From: Gemmatimonadota bacterium
GTDB taxonomy: Bacteria > Gemmatimonadota > Gemmatimonadetes > Gemmatimonadales > Gemmatimonadaceae
Direction: 5' to 3'
Length of the DNA stretch: 64,000 bases
Assembly: GCA_031372565.1 (NCBI GenBank)
Contig: JANMLN010000020.1
Coordinates: forward strand, 1 to 64,000
A program made the position numbers and the translations under genes. Positions 1 to 11,986 of this stretch are shown piece after piece. The notes beneath the pieces were generated by a model, which had not been told where the DNA came from, did not search any database, and saw nothing but the letters and a program-made list of their open reading frames with translations. How positions within the stretch are numbered: the first letter of the stretch is position 1; every line of letters starts with the position of its first letter.

Positions 1-213
1 TCACGCGCGCGGGGGCGGTGTTCCCGGCTTCCGGGGGTTTGGCTTTTGGGGTCCTGCCGCTCCCCTTCGTCCTTTTTTTTTCCCCCCAACCCCAAACCGC
101 GGTCCTTCCTTCCCCCCCCCCACGACAGGTGGTGACCGGGATTCCCCATCCGGCGAGCCCTCCACAGATTACCGCATCACTACTGCGCTGCCCCTTTCCA
201 CGACAGGACCGCC

Positions 214-723
214 ATGCAGGCCATGAGCCCCTCCCAGTCCCACTGCGTCTTCTGCGACCTGATGAAGGGCGCCGCCGAGGTGTCCTTCTGCTACGAGGAC
301 TCGGACGCCGTCGCGTTCATGGACATCCAGCCCGTGAATGCCGGGCATGTGCTCGTGGTCCCGCGCCAACACTTCGAGGTGCTCAAGGACGTCCCCAAGG
401 AGATCGGGATGCACCTCTATACGGTGGCCACCAAGCTGATTCCGGTCATCCAACAGGCGGCTGGGGCGGATGACATGAACATCGTGGTCAACTCGGGGAA
501 GGCGGCGGGGCAGAACGTGATGCACTACCACCTCCACCTGATTCCACGAAAGCACGGCGACGGCTTCGACATTCCGCTCCCGTTCCCCGGGTCGGAGATG
601 CCCAACCGGCAGCAGCTGGACGCGATGGCGGCGCGGATCCTGTCGACGTTCCGCGATCCGATGAAGGCGGTGAAGACCGGAGAGACGGTGACGCGGAAGG
701 CGGTGCCGCGGCCGACGCGGTAG
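214..723 (+). CDS. HIT family nucleotide hydrolase
   Basis: CVFC at N-terminus, FMDIQPVNAGHVLVVP, NSGKAAGQNVMHYHLHLIPR (HxHxH triad). Confidence 0.92.
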   Translation: MQAMSPSQSHCVFCDLMKGAAEVSFCYEDSDAVAFMDIQPVNAGHVLVVPRQHFEVLKDVPKEIGMHLYTVATKLIPVIQQAAGADDMNIVVNSGKAAGQNVMHYHLHLIPRKHGDGFDIPLPFPGSEMPNRQQLDAMAARILSTFRDPMKAVKTGETVTRKAVPRPTR

Positions 724-736
724 AGGGAAGCCCGAA

Positions 737-766
737 AAGCGGGTCCTTCGCTGCGCTCAGGACGAC
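737..766. repeat. REP-like palindromic element, single intergenic copy
   Basis: AAGCGGGTCCTTCGCTGCGCTCAGGACGAC, one mismatch to copies at 6842-6871 and 8992-9054; lies just after the HIT stop. Confidence 0.85.
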
Positions 767-1033
767 GGTCGCTCGTGACGACGGAGACATACGCGTGACG
801 TGAGAGCACGTGACTCCCTCTTGCGCCATTCGTCCCAGGAGTGAATAGGTACGTGGGAGCAGGCAAGTCGACCCCCGCCTGCCCTGATGCGACGGACGGA
901 CTGTTTCTTCTAGGAGGCTCGTGGCCCCCGGACGACAGCACGCGAGAGCGCCGCACCCGCACCGATCCCCGCTCCTTGAGCGGGCGACCTCGCGCCTCCC
1001 CCGTCATTTCCGTTCGGAAGGTTCTTCCGTTGG

Positions 1034-1078
1034 CCCCCCGCTCGTCGGCACTCCGCCGACGCGGGGGGTTTTCTCTTT
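1034..1078 (+). terminator. Intrinsic terminator-like hairpin in the leader of the HNH gene
   Basis: CCCCCCGC-tc-GTCGGC-actcc-GCCGAC-GCGGGGGG followed by TTTTCTCTTT. Confidence 0.65.
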
Positions 1079-1092
1079 CCGGTGAGGTGGAC

Positions 1093-1491
1093 GTGCCCCG
1101 TCAGAGCGCGCATCGCATCCCCCTGCCTCGGTCCTCCCGTGGCATGAGCCGGTTCCGCCGGCACCAACTCCCCCGCGGCCAGAAGAAGGCCATCAAGCGG
1201 GCGACCATGCGCGACTGCAGCCGCCGCTGCGTGTACTGCGCCCAGTCGCTGGAGCTGGAAACGGCGACCCTCGACCACGTCTACCCGCTGTCCCACGGCG
1301 GCACGCACATGCCGGGGAACCTCGTGGCCGCCTGTCGGGGGTGTAACGCGCTCAAGGGAGACCTGCTGCCGATCGAGTTCTTCGCGCGGCACCCATGGGC
1401 GGGGGCGAACTTCATGCGCTACGCGCGCGCGGTGCACCGGGCGCTCAAGCGGGGGGCTCGGCGCGCCGTGAGCCTGGCGCTGGCGGCGTAG
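1093..1491 (+). CDS. Small HNH endonuclease (McrA-like, Zn-binding)
   Basis: CVYC...TLDHVYPLSHGG...NLVAACRGCNALKG. GTG start at 1093 chosen for upstream GAGGTGG; ATG at 1144 is an alternative. Confidence 0.88.
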   Translation: MPRQSAHRIPLPRSSRGMSRFRRHQLPRGQKKAIKRATMRDCSRRCVYCAQSLELETATLDHVYPLSHGGTHMPGNLVAACRGCNALKGDLLPIEFFARHPWAGANFMRYARAVHRALKRGARRAVSLALAA

Positions 1492-1517
1492 AAACTGTTG
1501 GATTCACGCAACACACG

Positions 1518-1547
1518 AACTCCCGTGCCACCGGCACGGGAGTTTCT
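1518..1547. terminator. Hairpin terminator between convergent genes
   Basis: AACTCCCGTGCC-acc-GGCACGGGAGTT, perfect 12-bp stem. Confidence 0.7.
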
Positions 1548-1614
1548 GCGTCTCAGGAGCTGCATTGAACAGCTGAGGGCCCCGCGCAGTGCGCGATCGG
1601 TAGACAGATGCGGA

Positions 1615-4374
1615 CTACCGCTTCCCCAGCTTCTGCTTGAGCTCCACGAACCAGTTGTCGATGAAGATCAGCGGGCCAGACAGCGCCTGTACCGTCTGGA
1701 CGTTCTTCGCCATCAGGAACCGCTTGCCATCGGGCGAGATGTCGAACGGCGTGTAGTTCTCGCGATCGGTCAGATACCACTCCTGCTTCATGCGGAAGAG
1801 CACCTTGCGTTCGCCGATGCCCGGCGAGCTACCCGCAGGCACAACCGGCGCGACCATCATCTCGCGACCGGCGTTCACATAGAAGAGTTCCTTGCCGTTT
1901 CGGTTCCAGAGTGGTGCGCGCCCGCCGCCATTCGAAACCTGCCACTTGCCGCTGTCGACCTCCGGGAACGGACGGATGTACACCTCGATGTTGCCGGTCT
2001 CGTTGGACTCGAAGGCGATCCACTTGCCATCGGGGGAGAGGGCGAAGGCCGCTTCGTCGAACGACTTGCTGGCGAGGAGCGGGCGAGGTGTGGTATCGCC
2101 CTTCGGGCGGATGATCGAAATGTCGCGGCCACCCACCACGTTCACCGTTCCTCCCATGCGGACGACGAGGTACTCCCCGTCCGGGGAGACGGCGTGCTCA
2201 AAGACGCCATTGGTCCGCCGCGGTACCAGCACGCTGTCCCCGCCGGTTCCGTCGGCAGCGCGCCGGACGAGGGCCTGCCAGGAGCCTGCTCCTATGGTCG
2301 ACACCTGGGCGTTCCAGGAGGTGTAGCTGACGAACCGTCCATCGCGCGACCACCGCGGCCTCACCTCGGCTGCCGAATCGAACGACAGACGCGAGAGCGG
2401 CCCCGTCGGCAGCTGCTTGATCCAGATGTCATCGCCAGACTGGGTGTTGAGTCCGATGGCGAGCCGCTGGCCGTCTGGCGAAATCGACCAGCCAACGTTG
2501 CCTCCCGATACGGTCAACTGGAAATTCCAGGTCGAATCCATGGGCGACTCGTTGCCGCTCCGGTCCACCCACACGAGCGTGTGCGTGGCGGCGCGTACCT
2601 CGGAACGCCCGGATCGCATCACGACAGTCCCCTCCGGGGAAAGCGCGATCATCGGCCCCAAGTTGAACACCGACACGCTGTCGAGGACCGCAGTCGGGGT
2701 GCTCGTCATCTTGAGGGAGGCCAGGTCGAATGCCGCGCCGTACAGGGCGCCGTCCCTCCGAACGAACACGATGTGCCCGCTGGGCAGGTACCAGCCCTTG
2801 ACCGCGTCGGCGACCACGAGCGCACGCGCTCCGGTTCGCGCATCCACCGCCCAGAGATCAAGTTCACGGGTACACTGCTGGCCAGCACAGCGCACGACGA
2901 GTACGCCGCGTGAATCGGGGAGAGGCGTCGGGAAGTACAGCGTTCCGCTGTCCGACAACCAGAGTGTCGACACTGCGCCACCGGTTGCCTTAACCTGTCG
3001 CAGATGCATCCCGCCATCGCGGACGAACACCAGCGACCCATCGTTCAGCCACGCGACGCCTCGATTCGGCCCAACGGTATCGGCCAGCTTTCGCGCAGAT
3101 CCGCCGCCCAAGGCCGCCACGCGGAGGCTGCCCTCCGACACGAAGGCGACCTCCTGCCCGGTGGGCGAAAACGTGAGGGAGTTCCCGAGGCGACGATTGG
3201 CGGTCGCCGCCAGCGCGGTTGGGGCCGAGCGTTCTCGGGCCTTCACGTACACCTGCTCGCCGTCGGCTGCATCGCCCACGTACGCAACGAGCGACCCGTC
3301 GGACGAGAGGGCGAACTGGGAAAAGGGGAACGGCGCGACGGAGTCCGGAAACGCCATGTTGATGCGCGTCACCCGTTGCGGTGGTGCGGGCCGCGTGAGT
3401 GCCCACCCGGCCACCGCGAGTGCCGCGACCGCGACCACGGCCATCGGCGCCACGAGTCGCGAGGTGCGTGCGGCGGGAGCACTCATGCGAGCTCCCGGAT
3501 CGGCGCTCGTGGTCGCGACGGACGGCGCCCCCGCGGTCATCGCCCCCGGCGCCGTCAGTGCGGCCGAGAAGTCGCGGGCGTTCGCAAACCGGTCGGCGGG
3601 CAGCTTCTCGAGCGCGTGCATCACCGCGGCGTTGATCGCGGGAGGCACGTTGCGCCGCAGCGTCGTCATCGGGCGCGGGTCTTCCGTCATCAGGCGCGCG
3701 ATGATGGCCTGCGATGTGGCCCCGGCGTGCGGCGGCTCGCCCGTGAGCATCTCATAGGTCATCGCTGCGAGCGAGTAGACGTCGGTGCGGCCGTCGATGC
3801 CGCGGTCGCCGGTGGCCTGCTCGGGCGACATGTAGAGCGGCGTGCCGAGCGAGAGGCCGGTCTGCGTGATGCGTCCGCCCCCCGCATTGCTCACGGCCAG
3901 CGCGATGCCGAAATCGGCAATCACCGGCTGCCCCGCCTGCAGGAGAATGTTCTCCGGCTTCAGGTCCCGGTGGATGACGCCATGGCCGTGCGCGTAGTCG
4001 AGCGCATTGGCGATCGCCACCGTGATCCGCACCGCGTCGTCGAGCGGGAGCTGCTTCTCGCGCGTGAGCAGACCGCGCAGCGTTTCCCCTTCGACGAACG
4101 GCATGACGTAGAACAGCAACCCGTCAGCTTCACCACTGTCGAACAGCGGCAACACATTGGGATGCTGCAGGTTGGCCGTGACGCGGATCTCGGCCAGAAA
4201 CCGCTCGGCACCGAGCACCGCGCCGAGTTCCGGGTCGAGCACCTTGACCGCGACATTTCGGTCGTGCTTGAGGTCGCGGGCCAGGTACACCGTGGCCATG
4301 CCACCGCGCCCGATCTCTCGTTCGAAGGTGTAGCGGTCGCTGAGCGACTTCTGCAGGCGGTCGAGCGTTTCCAT
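1615..4374 (-). CDS. Ser/Thr protein kinase with TM segment and TolB-like (PD40) beta-propellers
   Basis: GRGGMATVY, VAVK, HRDLKPEN, DFG, YMSPEQ; repeated SPDG/FSP motifs in C-terminal half. Confidence 0.93.
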   Translation of the reverse strand: METLDRLQKSLSDRYTFEREIGRGGMATVYLARDLKHDRNVAVKVLDPELGAVLGAERFLAEIRVTANLQHPNVLPLFDSGEADGLLFYVMPFVEGETLRGLLTREKQLPLDDAVRITVAIANALDYAHGHGVIHRDLKPENILLQAGQPVIADFGIALAVSNAGGGRITQTGLSLGTPLYMSPEQATGDRGIDGRTDVYSLAAMTYEMLTGEPPHAGATSQAIIARLMTEDPRPMTTLRRNVPPAINAAVMHALEKLPADRFANARDFSAALTAPGAMTAGAPSVATTSADPGARMSAPAARTSRLVAPMAVVAVAALAVAGWALTRPAPPQRVTRINMAFPDSVAPFPFSQFALSSDGSLVAYVGDAADGEQVYVKARERSAPTALAATANRRLGNSLTFSPTGQEVAFVSEGSLRVAALGGGSARKLADTVGPNRGVAWLNDGSLVFVRDGGMHLRQVKATGGAVSTLWLSDSGTLYFPTPLPDSRGVLVVRCAGQQCTRELDLWAVDARTGARALVVADAVKGWYLPSGHIVFVRRDGALYGAAFDLASLKMTSTPTAVLDSVSVFNLGPMIALSPEGTVVMRSGRSEVRAATHTLVWVDRSGNESPMDSTWNFQLTVSGGNVGWSISPDGQRLAIGLNTQSGDDIWIKQLPTGPLSRLSFDSAAEVRPRWSRDGRFVSYTSWNAQVSTIGAGSWQALVRRAADGTGGDSVLVPRRTNGVFEHAVSPDGEYLVVRMGGTVNVVGGRDISIIRPKGDTTPRPLLASKSFDEAAFALSPDGKWIAFESNETGNIEVYIRPFPEVDSGKWQVSNGGGRAPLWNRNGKELFYVNAGREMMVAPVVPAGSSPGIGERKVLFRMKQEWYLTDRENYTPFDISPDGKRFLMAKNVQTVQALSGPLIFIDNWFVELKQKLGKR

Positions 4375-4567
4375 GGGCGCGGTCGGTGTTGGACAGGGGA
4401 AAAGCTACGCGTCAGCCGGACGTGCGATAGGAGGGCAGGGGGTCGCGCCCATCGGCCGGTGTACCCGCTCATTGCAGCAAGGGAATGGCAAGGGTTGAGC
4501 TGGATTGATGCCAGCGTTCGCCGAGGGTACGCTTACACTCGGATCTGACCCTCCAGTGGAGCCTCAG

Positions 4568-5095
4568 ATGCCCGTGACTGCCCGCCTCTCGGAAGCGTTC
4601 TACCAACGCCTCGGCGAGGACATCGCTGCCGAACTCGTGACCTGGTTCAACGACGTGGATGCCACGTATCGCGCTGACCTGCGTGAGGTGAACGAGCTGA
4701 ACTTCGCGCGGTTCGACGCGAAGCTCGAGCAGCGGCTGTCGGAGTTGCGCTCGGAGATGCACGGACGGTTCGCGGCGCTGGACGTGAAGATTGCCGTGCT
4801 GGAGGTGACGATGGGCGCGCGCTTCGGCGTGCAGGACGCGTTGATCGACAAGCGGCTGGCCCAGCAGGACGCGTTGCTGGAGAAGCGGCTGGCTCAGCAG
4901 GACGCGTTGATCGACAAGCGGCTGACCCAGCAGGACGCGTTGATCGAGCAGCGCTTTGCAGAGCAGGACGCCCGCCTCGGCCGACGGCTCACTGAGCTCG
5001 AGACGCGACTCACCGTGCGCATGTATGTGCTCTTTGGCGGCTCGCTGGTTGCACAGGGCGCCCTCATGATCACGCTCTTCAAGCTGTTCCGCTGA
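4568..5095 (+). CDS. CCDC90/DUF1640-like membrane-anchored coiled-coil protein
   Basis: Head domain, long coiled coil with 11-aa repeats (QQDALIDKRLA), C-terminal hydrophobic anchor. Confidence 0.7.
   Translation: MPVTARLSEAFYQRLGEDIAAELVTWFNDVDATYRADLREVNELNFARFDAKLEQRLSELRSEMHGRFAALDVKIAVLEVTMGARFGVQDALIDKRLAQQDALLEKRLAQQDALIDKRLTQQDALIEQRFAEQDARLGRRLTELETRLTVRMYVLFGGSLVAQGALMITLFKLFR
4832..4963 (+). repeat. Intragenic 33-bp tandem repeat, about 4 units
   Basis: Unit CAGGACGCGTTGATCGACAAGCGGCTGGCCCAG with few substitutions. Confidence 0.85.
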
Positions 5096-5125
5096 GCGCG
5101 TGCCGGGCGCGAGCGTGGCGCTGGC

Positions 5126-6256
5126 CTATGCGAGCGCTTGCGCCAAGTCGGCCTTGAGGTCGTGCGGATGCTCGAGCCCGACGCTCACGCGCAGCAAGTT
5201 GGCTGGCGCGCGAGTGGTCGGCCCCTCGATGGACTGCCGGTGCTCGATCAGGCTCTCGACGCCGCCAAGGCTCGTGGCGCGCGTGAAGATCGTGAGCCGG
5301 TTGGTCATCGCCACCGCGGCTTCCATGCCGCCCTTCACCTGAATCGAGAGCATCCCGCCCGGCAGGAGCATCTGCCGCTCGATGATGGCGCGCGCCGGGT
5401 GCGACGTGAGTCCCGGATAGTGGACCGCCTCGATCTTCGGATGCCCCGCGAGGAACTCGGCCACGGCGAGGGCGTTGGCCGAGTGCGCGCGAACGCGCCA
5501 CGGGAGCGTGCGGATGCCGCGCAGGAGCAGCCAGCAGTCGAAGGGGCTCGGGACGGCGCCTGATTCCTTCTGCGTTGCGCGGATGCGGGCCCAGCGTTCG
5601 TCGGCCACGCGCGTCACGAGCGCTCCGCCCAACAGGTCGGAGTGGCCGCCCAGAAACTTGGTCGTCGAGTGCATGACCAGATCTGCGCCATGCTCAAGCG
5701 GACGCTGCCCGACCGGCGATGGCCACGTGTTGTCCACGACGGTGACGGCGCCCGTCGCATGTGCGATCTCGGAGAGCGCGGCAATGTCGGTGACGGTGAG
5801 CAGCGGATTGCTCGGCGTCTCGATCCAGATCATGCGCGTGGTGGGGCGCACGGCGGCGCGCACCGCGGCCAGGTCCGTCTGGTCAACGAAGGAGGCCGTG
5901 AGTCCCCAGCGCTCCTTCTCCGCGATCACTGCGCGCGTGCCGTAGTAGGCATCGAGCGGCGCGATGATGTGGTCACCGGGGGCGAGGCTCGACACCGCGG
6001 CGAACGTTGCGGCCGATCCCGAGGCGAAGGCGTAAGCCTGCGCGCCCCCTTCCAGCGCGGCCAGCACCGTTTCGAGTTCACGGCGGTTCGGGTTCTGGTC
6101 GCGCGTGTAGATGTTCCCGTGCGGGAACGAGAGGTCCGGGGCCCGCTCGAACGTCGTCGAGAGCACGATCGGCGACGTGACGGCGCCGGTCGTCGGGTCA
6201 TTCTGGTGGCCCGCGTGGATGGCGAGCGTCTCGAGGTGGAGCGGGGAGTCGGCCAT
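5126..6256 (-). CDS. Cystathionine gamma-synthase/lyase family PLP enzyme
   Basis: Y-x-R-xx-NP, FASGSAA, ETPSNP, VDNT, HSTTKFLGGHSD (PLP lysine), SLGGVESL, LRVSVGLE. Confidence 0.92.
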   Translation of the reverse strand: MADSPLHLETLAIHAGHQNDPTTGAVTSPIVLSTTFERAPDLSFPHGNIYTRDQNPNRRELETVLAALEGGAQAYAFASGSAATFAAVSSLAPGDHIIAPLDAYYGTRAVIAEKERWGLTASFVDQTDLAAVRAAVRPTTRMIWIETPSNPLLTVTDIAALSEIAHATGAVTVVDNTWPSPVGQRPLEHGADLVMHSTTKFLGGHSDLLGGALVTRVADERWARIRATQKESGAVPSPFDCWLLLRGIRTLPWRVRAHSANALAVAEFLAGHPKIEAVHYPGLTSHPARAIIERQMLLPGGMLSIQVKGGMEAAVAMTNRLTIFTRATSLGGVESLIEHRQSIEGPTTRAPANLLRVSVGLEHPHDLKADLAQALA

Positions 6257-6289
6257 GGCTCAAGATAGCGCGGGAGCCCGCTCGGCAGG

Positions 6290-6876
6290 CTACCAGCTCA
6301 CGACCTGCTCGCTCTTGTCGCCGCTCTGGAAGTACAGCGTGCGCCGCTCGTCGCCGGGCATGCGTGACAGGATGACGAGGTTCTGCTGGTCGTCGAACTG
6401 GTCGAACATGAGGGCGTCGCGGATGCCGAGCCGCTTGGGCGGCCCCTTGGCGGTCCACTGCACGAGGACCCACCAGACCGGCTGGTCGCCTTCGTTGTCG
6501 CCGCCCTGGTCGATCACATCGCCCGTGAGCGCGGTCCCGTCGACCCGCACGGCGAGCTGTCGCGTGACGTAGGCGGCGACCGCTGCTTTCGATGCGGCAT
6601 CGTCGGCGAGCGGGCGCTTGAGCGTCTTCTCGAGGTCGTCCTTGAAGAGCCGAACGCGGGCCACGAGGGCGGTGCCGTCGAGGACCAGGCGTGTGTGCGA
6701 GAAGTGCTTGTTGTGCGGGGCGGCGGCCATGAGGAGCGTGGCGACGAGGGCCACCGTCGTCCTGAGCGAAGCGAAGGACCTGCTTGTTGTCGTCCTGAGC
6801 GAAGCGAAGGACCTGCTTTTCGCGGGCGTGCGAAACTGCACAAGCAGGTCCTTCGCTGCGCTCAGGACGACACGCC

Positions 6877-6880
<4 letters not shown>
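6290..6880 (-). CDS. DUF6702-like exported protein
   Basis: HNKHFSHT...RLFKDDLEKTL...FDDQQNLV pattern after a signal peptide; GTG start overlaps upstream TGA (GTGA at 6880-6877). Confidence 0.7.
6756..6871. repeat. REP-like cluster: two direct copies plus one inverted copy, inside CDS 5' end
   Basis: GTCGTCCTGAGCGAAGCGAAGGACCTGCTT at 6756-6785 and 6789-6818; inverted copy at 6842-6871. Confidence 0.92.
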
Positions 6881-9071
<2,191 letters not shown>

Positions 9072-9075
<4 letters not shown>

Positions 9076-11285
9076 GGTACGGCCGGCGTGGGCGGCGTCG
9101 CCGGCTTCTTCCACGTGTTGTTCTCGCGGTTGATGTCGATGAACAGCTCGTTCGGGTCGACCACCACCTGCGTCAACGGCCGCTTGGCGAAGTAGCCGTA
9201 GGTGAACGTCTTCTCGTTGTTGCGCCAGATGTCGGCGGGCAGCTTGATGACGTCGCTCGTGCCGTCGTCATAGGTCACACCCAGCTGCAGCGGCATGATG
9301 AGCCCGCCCTTCTGGTCGACGGTGATGCGGTGGTAGAACTCGCCCTTCCGCTTCTCGCCGGCCAGCGCTTCGGCGTCCTGCGACTCCACCGTCGAGAGCG
9401 CCTGGTCGTTGGCGTACGTCGAGTAGAACATGCCGCGCCAGAACCAGTTGAGCTGTTCGCCGGTCCCCTGCACGATGGACCGGAAGAAGTCGGCCGGCTC
9501 CGGATGCTTGAACATCCACTTGGTGCTGTACTCGCGGAACGCGCGATCGAACGCATCGGGGCCGATCACGTTCTCCCGCAGCATGACGACCGCCGTGGCC
9601 GGCTTGGAGTAGCCGTTGCTCCCGAAGTTGGCGTAGATCGCGTCGGATTCGGTCATGAGCGGCACCTGGTTGGCCGACTTCATGTAGCCCACCAGGTTGC
9701 GCGCCGGACCACGCATGGTGTTCTTCGGCCACGCCGGGTCGTAGGCCAGCTCTGCGTAGTACTCGAGGTACGAGTTGATCCCCTCGTCCATCCACGTCCA
9801 CTTGCGTTCATCGCTGGCCACGATCATCGGGAACCAGTTGTGGCCAACCTCGTGGATGGTCACGCCTGCCACCGTGTACTCGGTACTCTTGTCGTACTTG
9901 CCGTCCGGGCCGGGCCGCCCGCCGCAGAACGCGATCATCGGGTATTCCATGCCGAACACCGGGCCGTTCACGTTGCGCGCCACGGGGTACGGATACTCGA
10001 AGGCGAGCTTGCCGTAGATGTCCATCGTGACGGCGATCGCCTTGGTGCTCACCGTGCTCCAGAGCGGAATCGCCTCGCGCGGGTAGGCGGAGTGCAGCTC
10101 GATCGTGCGCTTCGGGTTGGACGCATAGCGATAGCCGCGCGCATCCCATCCGTAGCCGCGGTAGCTCGACCAGGCGAAGTCGCGCACCTTGTCGGCCTTG
10201 AACCGCCAGGTGAGCGAGCCGCTGCCGGCCGGACGCGTCCCGGGGGTGTTGATCTCGTCGGGGCGCACGATGAACACCGCCGTGTCGCCCGCCATGGCCG
10301 TGGCCAACCGTGCGCGCTGTGTCGCGGTCAGCACGTCGGCAGGGTTCATCAACACGCCGGTCGCCTGCACGATGTGATCGCGCGGCACGGTGATGCTCAC
10401 GTCGTAGTTGCCGAACTCGAGGTAGAACTCACCCTGGCCGTAGAACTGCACGTTCTGCCAGCCGTTGTGATCGTCGTACACGGCCGCGCGGGGGAACCAC
10501 TGCGCGATCTCGTAGAGCCAGCCATCCTTGAGCTTCTCGCGCCCGCCGCGGCCGTTGCGGCCACGCTCAGGGACGGTGTACGACCAATCGAGCTCCACCA
10601 TGGCCGTCTTGCCGGTCGCCAACGGCTCGGCCAGGTCGATGCGCAGCTGCGTGCCGTTCTGGTACGTCTTCGCGTCGGTCTTCTTCCCCTTGGCGTCCAC
10701 CAACTGCACGCGCGCGATCGTGTAGCCCGGCGCCTGAACCTCCTCGGGGAACAGGAAGCGACGCATCCGTTCGGGGATCGCCTTGGGGAGCGCGCGCGCA
10801 GCCGAGGCGGCGCGAGAGTCCGCCTTGTCGATGTCCTGATCGAGTTGCAGCCAGATGTAGCCCAGCTGTTCCGGCGAATTGTTGTGGTAGGTGATCCGCT
10901 CGGAGCCCGTCACCCGGTGGTTCGCGGTGTCGAGCGCCGTCTTGACGGTGTAATCGACCTGCTGCTGCCAGTACTTCGGACCGGGCGAGCCGGAGCCGGT
11001 GCGGTACTCGTTCGGCGCCGGAAACTCTTCCAGCATCCGGAAGTTCGACTGGTTGGTCTTCTTCGAGGTGTCGGCGTTGAGCCACTGGGGGCCTTGCGGG
11101 CCGGCGGTCGGCTGCTGGGCCTGGGCGGGGGTGGCGAGCGCGGTGGCGAGGGCAACGACGAGAAGCAGGTCCTTCGCTCCGCTCAGGACGACCGGGGGAA
11201 GCAGGTCCTTCGCTCCGCTCAGGACGACCGGGGGAAGCAGGTCCTTCGCTGCGCTCATGACGACCGACGAACCAGACTTCGACAT
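9072..11285 (-). CDS. M1 family zinc metallopeptidase (secreted), paralog of the downstream gene
   Basis: FGMEYP, HEVGH-x18-E, YSKP; ATG at 11285 preceded by GGAG; signal peptide ends ATPAQA. Confidence 0.92.
11163..11264. repeat. Three tandem REP-like copies, 36-bp period, inside CDS 5' end
   Basis: AAGCAGGTCCTTCGCTSCGCTCAKGACGAC at 11163, 11199 and 11235, separated by CGGGGG. Confidence 0.93.
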
Positions 11286-11319
11286 GCGTATCGCTCCATA
11301 GACGAGAGTGTGCAGGGGC

Positions 11320-11946
11320 CTACGCGCCGCCCCCACCAAAGATTCGCTCGACCAGCATCGACAGGCCCACGCCAGCGGCCCCCCCCGACACGACCAGCAC
11401 CCAGTCGCGGCGGCTCCAGCCCAGCAGGCGTTCGACACCCAGGCCGAGCAGAAAGATGGCGGCAACCACCAGCAACTGCCCAGCCTCGAGTCCCAGATTG
11501 AACCCCAACAACGGCACCGCGATTCCCTCGGTCCCACCGAGCAAACTCCGAAGGCCGCTGGCGAACCCGCACCCGTGGATCAGGCCGAATCCCCCGGCAA
11601 TCACGTACCGCCGGATCATCGCCCCTCGCGTGATCGTCGGGGCGCCCCCCTCGGCTGGCGCGACCGCCGCGCGCTGATCGTGAATGGCCGCAAACGCGGT
11701 GAGCACGATGGTCAGCGCGATCAGCGGCTCCACCACCTGCCCGGACACCCGTACGACGTCCAGGGTGGTCAGCGCCAGCGTGATCGAATGTCCCACCGTG
11801 AAGGCGGTCACCAGCCAGGCCAGTCGCGCCCACTCGCGCGGCCCGTACGAGGCCGTCAGCGCGGCCACGAACAGGATGTGGTCGCTTGCGCGCCAATCGG
11901 CGATGTGGTGAAAACCGAGCTTGAGATAGAGCGCGAGTTCGTCCAT
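11320..11946 (-). CDS. HupE/UreJ family membrane protein
   Basis: GFHHI...DHILF, TAFTVGHSITL, FGLIHGCGFA, FNLGLEAGQ. Confidence 0.9.
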   Translation of the reverse strand: MDELALYLKLGFHHIADWRASDHILFVAALTASYGPREWARLAWLVTAFTVGHSITLALTTLDVVRVSGQVVEPLIALTIVLTAFAAIHDQRAAVAPAEGGAPTITRGAMIRRYVIAGGFGLIHGCGFASGLRSLLGGTEGIAVPLLGFNLGLEAGQLLVVAAIFLLGLGVERLLGWSRRDWVLVVSGGAAGVGLSMLVERIFGGGGA

Positions 11947-11986
11947 GACGCGTGGAGTGAGTGACCAGCGGAGTACGCGCTGGCGA

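Noticed and set aside
1..130. ORF 18-473 and homopolymer-rich start of the window
   Set aside because: Runs of T and C unlike the rest of the sequence suggest low-quality contig-end sequence; no credible protein.
841..1491. IscB/HEARO (OMEGA) system
   Set aside because: The protein is about 130 aa with no RuvC segments or PLMP motif and no transposon ends are seen; only a generic structured leader is supportable.
11163..11264. Possible mini CRISPR array (30-bp repeats)
   Set aside because: Spacers are only 3-6 nt and identical, copies occur in both orientations at dispersed sites, and no cas genes are present.
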